From Patescibacteria group bacterium (GTDB taxonomy: Bacteria; Patescibacteriota; Patescibacteriia; UBA1558; GWA2-36-10), in NCBI GenBank assembly GCA_041665505.1, contig JBAYIR010000006.1, forward strand, positions 1,707-65,706: a DNA stretch of 64,000 bases, given 5' to 3'. Position numbers and translations under genes: made by a program. Shown here piece by piece: positions 63,275 through 64,000 of this stretch. Positions within the stretch are counted from its first letter, which is position 1; the number at the start of each line of letters is the position of its first letter. Under the pieces are notes generated by a model. It ran no database searches and had not been told where the DNA came from. It was given only the letters and a program-made list of their open reading frames with translations.

Positions 63275-64000
63275 ATGAGAATAGCAAAGAGGCTTTCTAT
63301 CATATCATTAGCATTTTTAATGCTAATTACATATTATTCTCCTTTAACCACTACTGCTCAAGCTAGTTATGGTGAAGGATCACTCCTTAAGATAAAGGCT
63401 AACCCAGCTGTTTATTACATAGGAGCTAATGGCAAAAAATATGTTTTCCCAGAGGGTAAAACATATAAGACTTGGTTTGATGATTTTTCTCAAGTGAAAG
63501 AGGTCTCACTTGGTGAATTGGATAGTTATCCTGACGGTGGTGCTATGCCAGCTAAAGGTGGCGTCAAACTAATTACTCATAGTAACACAGCTAAGATCTA
63601 TGCATTGGAAACTGGTGGAATACTGCGACACATACCATCTGAAGCTAAGGCTAGAGAACTTTTTGGTGATGACTGGTATACCAGAGTGATTGATGTCTTA
63701 CCGGGATTCTTTGCCAGCTCATATAGATTGGGTGAAGAGGTGACAGATCTTTTGCCAAATGGTTATTTAGTAACTGATGGCAGTAAATATTACTATATTG
63801 AAAATGGCAAAAAAAGACCAATGACAGAGAAATCATTAAAGCTTAATAATCTAAAAGAAAGTGATGCTTTACGTATTAAAAATATAGCTAAATACGGAGA
63901 TGATGACTCAATATATGAGAGAGAAGAATCATTAGTAAATTTTGTACCACCGATTACAGAATTGGAAGATCAAAAAATTACTATTTGTCATGATAGTCAA
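63275..64000 (+). CDS. secreted hypothetical protein (partial, continues beyond the window)
   Basis: Signal peptide 'MRIAKRLSIISLAFLMLITYYSPLTTTAQA'. Open frame to the window edge. Confidence 0.45.
   Translation, partial: MRIAKRLSIISLAFLMLITYYSPLTTTAQASYGEGSLLKIKANPAVYYIGANGKKYVFPEGKTYKTWFDDFSQVKEVSLGELDSYPDGGAMPAKGGVKLITHSNTAKIYALETGGILRHIPSEAKARELFGDDWYTRVIDVLPGFFASSYRLGEEVTDLLPNGYLVTDGSKYYYIENGKKRPMTEKSLKLNNLKESDALRIKNIAKYGDDDSIYEREESLVNFVPPITELEDQKITICHDSQ

Noticed and set aside
1-64000. CRISPR arrays, rRNA genes, insertion sequences or integrases
   Set aside because: I searched by eye for regularly spaced direct repeats, rRNA-like conserved blocks, and transposase or integrase motifs (DDE, tyrosine recombinase R..H..R..Y). 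I found none. The GC-rich islands have no flanking direct or inverted repeats that I could identify.

Overview
This is an AT-rich, gene-dense bacterial window. I estimate roughly 30% GC by eye, with strong A/T-rich codon bias. The gene content looks like a Patescibacteria/CPR-type reduced genome. It encodes many nucleotide-salvage enzymes (two HD phosphohydrolases, two P-loop kinases, a NUDIX hydrolase, an APH-like kinase, a HAD nucleotidase, a CYTH protein) and a class II B12-dependent ribonucleotide reductase. It also encodes a 2-oxoacid:ferredoxin oxidoreductase pair, a ferredoxin, a Fur/PerR-led oxidative-stress operon (bcp, cysteine desulfurase, NifU, SOD, peroxiredoxin), a Cys-rich type IV pilin-like protein, and a giant surface protein. 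There are many secreted Cys-rich proteins, glycosyltransferase/GtrA surface-glycosylation genes, two ECF sigma/anti-sigma pairs, tRNA-Arg(TCT) and tRNA-His(GTG), and a DEAD-box helicase. I found no rRNA, CRISPR array or recognisable transposase. The main anomaly is a set of GC-rich coding cassettes of roughly 55% GC. These lie at 5391-5798, 8288-11582 plus a convergent csrA at 11808-11996, and a 57-aa peptide gene at 23969-24142. Every cassette sits behind a perfect TTGACA-17bp-TATAAT-like promoter in AT-rich leader DNA. Two of them end in the same 'AGACGACTGCGAAGGAGGGG...CCYCTCCTTCTTCTTTTTG' terminator. The large island encodes uncharacterised membrane proteins, a PQ-loop-like protein, a lipoprotein, a cytosolic protein and CsrA. 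It also carries a twice-repeated structured RNA hairpin with compensatory base changes. This island is my best candidate for an undescribed, horizontally acquired or engineered system. Next to it is an unusual three-gene module: a standalone PEP-utilising mobile-domain protein, a standalone C39-like peptidase and an alpha/beta hydrolase, with a CPBP protease gene just upstream.
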